DNA of 63,879 nucleotides, the filler included, from Octopus bimaculoides (Eukaryota): NCBI RefSeq assembly GCF_001194135.2. It is 5 parts of 5 records of this genome, joined end to end, with 100 filler letters (N's around TTAATTAATTAA, not from the genome) between each part and the next. Parts side by side here need not be neighbours in the genome. Positions count along the whole stretch, not along the records: positions 56,902 to 62,730 come from NW_026314603.1; positions 62,831 to 63,879 come from NW_026326602.1; 3 more parts are not named here. One strand, 5' to 3'. Positions within the stretch are counted from its first letter, which is position 1. The number at the start of each line of letters is the position of its first letter. Below the pieces are notes generated by a model. It was not told where the DNA came from. It ran no database searches and worked only from the letters and a program-made list of their open reading frames with translations. Positions 59,771-63,879 of the stretch are shown here, piece after piece. Both the position numbers and the translations under genes were made by a program.

Positions 59771-60321
59771 NNNNNNNNNNNNNNNNNNNNNNNNNNNNNN
59801 NNNNNNNNNNNNNNNNNNNNNNNNNNNNNNNNNNNNNNNNNNNNNNNNNNNNNNNNNNNNNNNNNNNNNNNNNNNNNNNNNNNNNNNNNNNNNNNNNNNN
59901 NNNNNNNNNNNNNNNNNNNNNNNNNNNNNNNNNNNNNNNNNNNNNNNNNNNNNNNNNNNNNNNNNNNNNNNNNNNNNNNNNNNNNNNNNNNNNNNNNNNN
60001 NNNNNNNNNNNNNNNNNNNNNNNNNNACACAAGCATGTTTTTGACTTGAAAGCTTAGTGAGAGCTGGAAACTGTACAATCACAAGTGCATAAGTCAAGAA
60101 GCTGTAGGAAAAAGATTCCAATCACAATGAAACACTTAACATTTTATTACCCTTTGGAGATAACGATATTTTCTTTCATATTCATATCGTCTTTTTTACA
60201 TTTTAGATTTATAAACTGGGTGGAAGTAAGATTCAGGGGAAATACATGAAGGTTTTGAGAAAGAAATCTCTCCTTTTGAAATAGTTCTCTTTATCCTTGT
60301 CATCACTCTGTGTATGTGTGT

Positions 60322-60360
<39 letters not shown>

Positions 60361-61208
60361 AGAGAGAAGAGGTTGTATTAAACCCTAAAGTATTTAGTTC
60401 TAGTATCCTGAAATGAAGTGTATCATCATCTTGGAAAGATAAACTACATTGTGTCATCTCACAAGAAACACAGAGAGTTTGAACTCTTGATCTGCATGTT
60501 GTCATTAACCAATACCTTACCCATTTAGCAACTTTTATCTTTGTTGTAACAACACTTTCTAAAAAAGGCTTCAGATCTAGTGTTTAGACATGTTGTCACT
60601 GACCAATACCTTATCCATTTAGCAACTATAATCATTATTATAACAACATTTTTAAAAAGGCCTCAAGTCTGGTGTTTAGACAATAACATGAGATCTGAAT
60701 GATTTACAAAATGTCACCATTTTGACAAATACCTACTAAAATTATCAAAATTTACACAGAATTTAACTGTCAGACATCACCTACATGATTTTAATTAACA
60801 GTGTTTTCTCTTCCTTTTACATTTCCATCCTATGTCCACATCATAGAACTATCTAAACATACGTGCAAATACAAGTAGGATATATGTGTATATATATCCA
60901 CACATACATATATACATACACTATATACTTGTATGTACACATACAAACACACATTTCCACACATACGCGTACATATACACACACATGTAGATAGATATAT
61001 AACAGATATTTATGTATGCATGCTTGTATAGACATATTTACATATATAAAATATTTACACACACACACACACACATATATATGTATGTATATATATATTT
61101 ATATATACACACATACATAATGTAGTTCTTTGTGATGACTTACTAGATCGCTTTCTGTTTCATTATCTCTATATATATTTACATGTATATATTGCATAAT
61201 ATATGTAC

Positions 61209-61251
<43 letters not shown>

Positions 61252-61324
61252 ATGTATTATGCAAAATTAGAAACAGAAATATATACACACACATACAAAT
61301 AGTACAAACATATGTGAATATATA

Positions 61325-61746
61325 ATTCTTTTACTAGTTTCAGTAATTTTAATATGGCCATGCTGGAGCACCACCTTTAGTTGAAAAAATCGACCCTAGG
61401 TCTTATTCTTTGTAAGCCTAGTACTTATTCTTTTGCCGAATCGCTAAGTTATGGGGATGTAAACACACCAACATCGATTGTCAAGCAATGGTGTGGGTAC
61501 AAACACGGACACACAAACACATATATATATGTATTTGTGTGTCTGTGTTTGTACTCCCACCATTATATATAAATATATATATATACAACAAGCTTCTTTC
61601 AGTTTCTGTGAACCAAATCCACTCACAAGGCTTTGGTCAGCTCGAGGTTATAGTAGATGACATTTGACCAAGGTGCCATGCAGTGGGACTGAACCCGGAA
61701 CCATGTGGTTGGGAAGCAAGCTTCTTACCACACAGCCATTCCTGTA
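61325..61746 (-). mobile_element. SINE family A, full length
   Basis: gggactgaacccggaaccatgtggttgg...cttaccacacagccattcct is the reverse of the head; tail at 61325. Confidence 0.9.
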
Positions 61747-61868
61747 CCTTAATATATATATAAACATAGTATTATATAAGTTATTCACAATATATCATAT
61801 ACATTATATATGATATAAATATAAATCATGTCACACTAGATATATGTTACATATAAATCACATGTCTC

Positions 61869-61907
<39 letters not shown>

Positions 61908-62684
61908 GTAACATAAATTCCTTACTTATTAAAACTAATTCTGTCTCTGGAGGATATGTCACAATTGCAAACAGAGACCAGCTGCATATGACGAAGGGAG
62001 ATAATCTTGAGAATTCTCAAAGATGACATGCGTTAAGGAATGACAGGTTCATTGTTTGCAAATGAGAGTATAGTTGTGGACAGGTGTTTCTGATATAAGA
62101 GACATCATCAATATGAAAATTATCCCACAATATCTTCTGGAAACAAGGAGCATAGGATAAAAACTGAAAGATTAGAGCACATGTATTTGCCGAAGAAATT
62201 CACAGGAATTAAACAAAAATGAGCTAAGAGAAATAATGTTTATGGAAAACTGAGAAATACAGGTATATCAAATAGGATACAGCATAAATTCATGATTGAT
62301 TGAAATTATCTTTGCCTCTAGGGGATGTACCCAATTACTAAATAGCAATTAAAACTAGCTGCATATAAGAAAGGAAGATAATTTCAGGAATGAAGAATTA
62401 GTACCTGCTTTTATAGTGAGTTTATGTAGGTAGTTTAACCCCCCCCCACGACTTTTAGTTCATGCAATTGAAAAAAACTGCATTATTTATGGGATGACCC
62501 AATAGATACATATGAGAGAGAGAGAAACAGAGTGGGAGAAAGAGAGATACACATATTATATTCTGTACACATATATTAAAATATGTACCTATAAAAGATA
62601 TAAAAATACACAGACGTGTGTGAGCTTTTACACATAGGTAATAATAGATACGCAAACACATTTCATAATGTGGGTGTGTAAGTA

Positions 62685-62716
<32 letters not shown>

Positions 62717-62730
62717 ACTATATATATATA

Positions 62731-62830
62731 NNNNNNNNNNNNNNNNNNNNNNNNNNNNNNNNNNNNNNNNNNNNTTAATTAATTAANNNNNNNNNNNNNN
62801 NNNNNNNNNNNNNNNNNNNNNNNNNNNNNN
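62731..62830. other. Artificial scaffold-joining spacer N44-TTAATTAATTAA-N44
   Basis: Identical 100-bp spacer. Confidence 0.95.
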
Positions 62831-63170
62831 TCATTTTCCTCAATGCCTTCAAAACGATTACTGCTGAGGTTTTCCTTTAGCTTGCGGACTGCCGGCAAGG
62901 TGAAGGACAGTTTTGATGCCCTTCTCTGTCAAGTAGCTGGTTACCAGGATAGAACTGTAGACCGGTGCATTGTCCTGGTGTAGGTGCCCTGGATTTTGCG
63001 ATGAAATCTCTTCTTGAACTCCCTCAAAATCCCCGCGAAGTCCTCATTGTTGACCGTCTGGCAAGGGGGAACCCAGTGGATAGATACTGTTGAAAAGAAG
63101 AATCATCATGAGCCTCCCGGTGAACTTGCTTTGCATGACTTCTTCCAGCGAAAACAGATGCTCAGCACAT
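62831..63170 (-). mobile_element. Mariner transposase fragment
   Basis: Minus strand HWVP.CQTVN..GILREFKKRF, LHQDNAPVYSSILVTSYLTEKGIKTV, KLKENLSSNRFEGIEEM. Confidence 0.82.
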
Positions 63171-63340
63171 ACAAGTCAATTCATAAGTAGTCTGAAGCAT
63201 TTTATAAATTTCTGCTGTGTTAAACACAAAACTTTTTTAGATCTCTTCAGTTTCGCTCACAGATAAAAAAAAAAATTTAAATTAAACAGTTTGAAACTTC
63301 TTATACTAATGTAATTTCTCACGCTGAACAAGGTTTACTT

Positions 63341-63879
63341 TCAACATTTTTAATAAAATTTCGTATTTTAGAAGTTATTTCGTGTTAAAGTTGTCGTTTT
63401 TGGGTAATTTTAACCAATCAACGACGTGTATTCAGCTGAAGAAACCTACTGCTGTATGCGATGGTAATCGAAGCGCAACACCTTCCGGATCACCTCTACT
63501 AAATATTGCCACTCTGTTTTATTTTTGTTTACTGTCTGTGTTGCATATTACACGCTTTTAATTTATTTTCTTTTGCTTTTCGATCGCCGCTTTATGCATT
63601 TGCATTTTCACCACTCGTACAAAGAGGTAGTCGAAAAGCGAAAAAATATAAAAACAAAAGCGTGTAATATGCAACACAGGCAGTAAACAAAAATAAAATA
63701 GAATAAAGTGGTGACATTTAGTAGAGATGACCCGGAAGTTGTTGCTCTTCGATTACTATCGCAAACAGCAGTAGATTTCTTCTGCTAAATACACGTCGTT
63801 GATTGGTTAAAATTACCCAAAGACGACAGCTTTAACACGAAATAACTTCTAAAATACGAAATTTCGTCAAAAATGTTGA
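63341..63879. mobile_element. Foldback/MITE-like element with about 250-bp inverted arms, running off the window
   Basis: 63341-~63590 is the approximate reverse complement of ~63630-63879. Confidence 0.88.

Overview
Draft-quality, AT-rich, microsatellite- and transposon-dense animal DNA. It is probably a coleoid cephalopod such as Octopus; this is inferred from the tRNA-derived SINE families, the effector-less CDIC-type C2H2 zinc-finger array and the repeat landscape, not from a database match. The window is not one locus. Four identical 100-bp spacers (N44-TTAATTAATTAA-N44) show five concatenated scaffolds (about 1-22895, 22996-48496, 48597-56801, 56902-62730, 62831-63879). Two intact host ORFs are supported. 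One is a single-exon 1036-aa BTB-BACK protein (1214-4324, minus) with an N-myristoylation motif, no Kelch domain and a 19 x 14-aa repeat tail. The other is a 14-finger C2H2 protein (50468-51709, minus). The rest is mostly decayed mobile DNA: R4/Dong-type RLE LINEs next to (TAA)n, RTE and L1/Tx1 LINEs, Penelope-like elements (PLEs), Helitron, mariner, pogo/Tigger and hAT fragments, TTAA-type MITEs and four SINE families. The most notable unexplained structures are: (1) type I hammerhead ribozyme motifs from three different families, including a 140-bp palindrome with a hammerhead on each strand (22642-22781); (2) a co-oriented Dong / (TAA)n / non-coding insert / (TAA)n / PLE arrangement seen on two independent scaffolds; (3) the unusual BTB-BACK protein. 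Coordinates of degenerate repeats are approximate (tens of bp).
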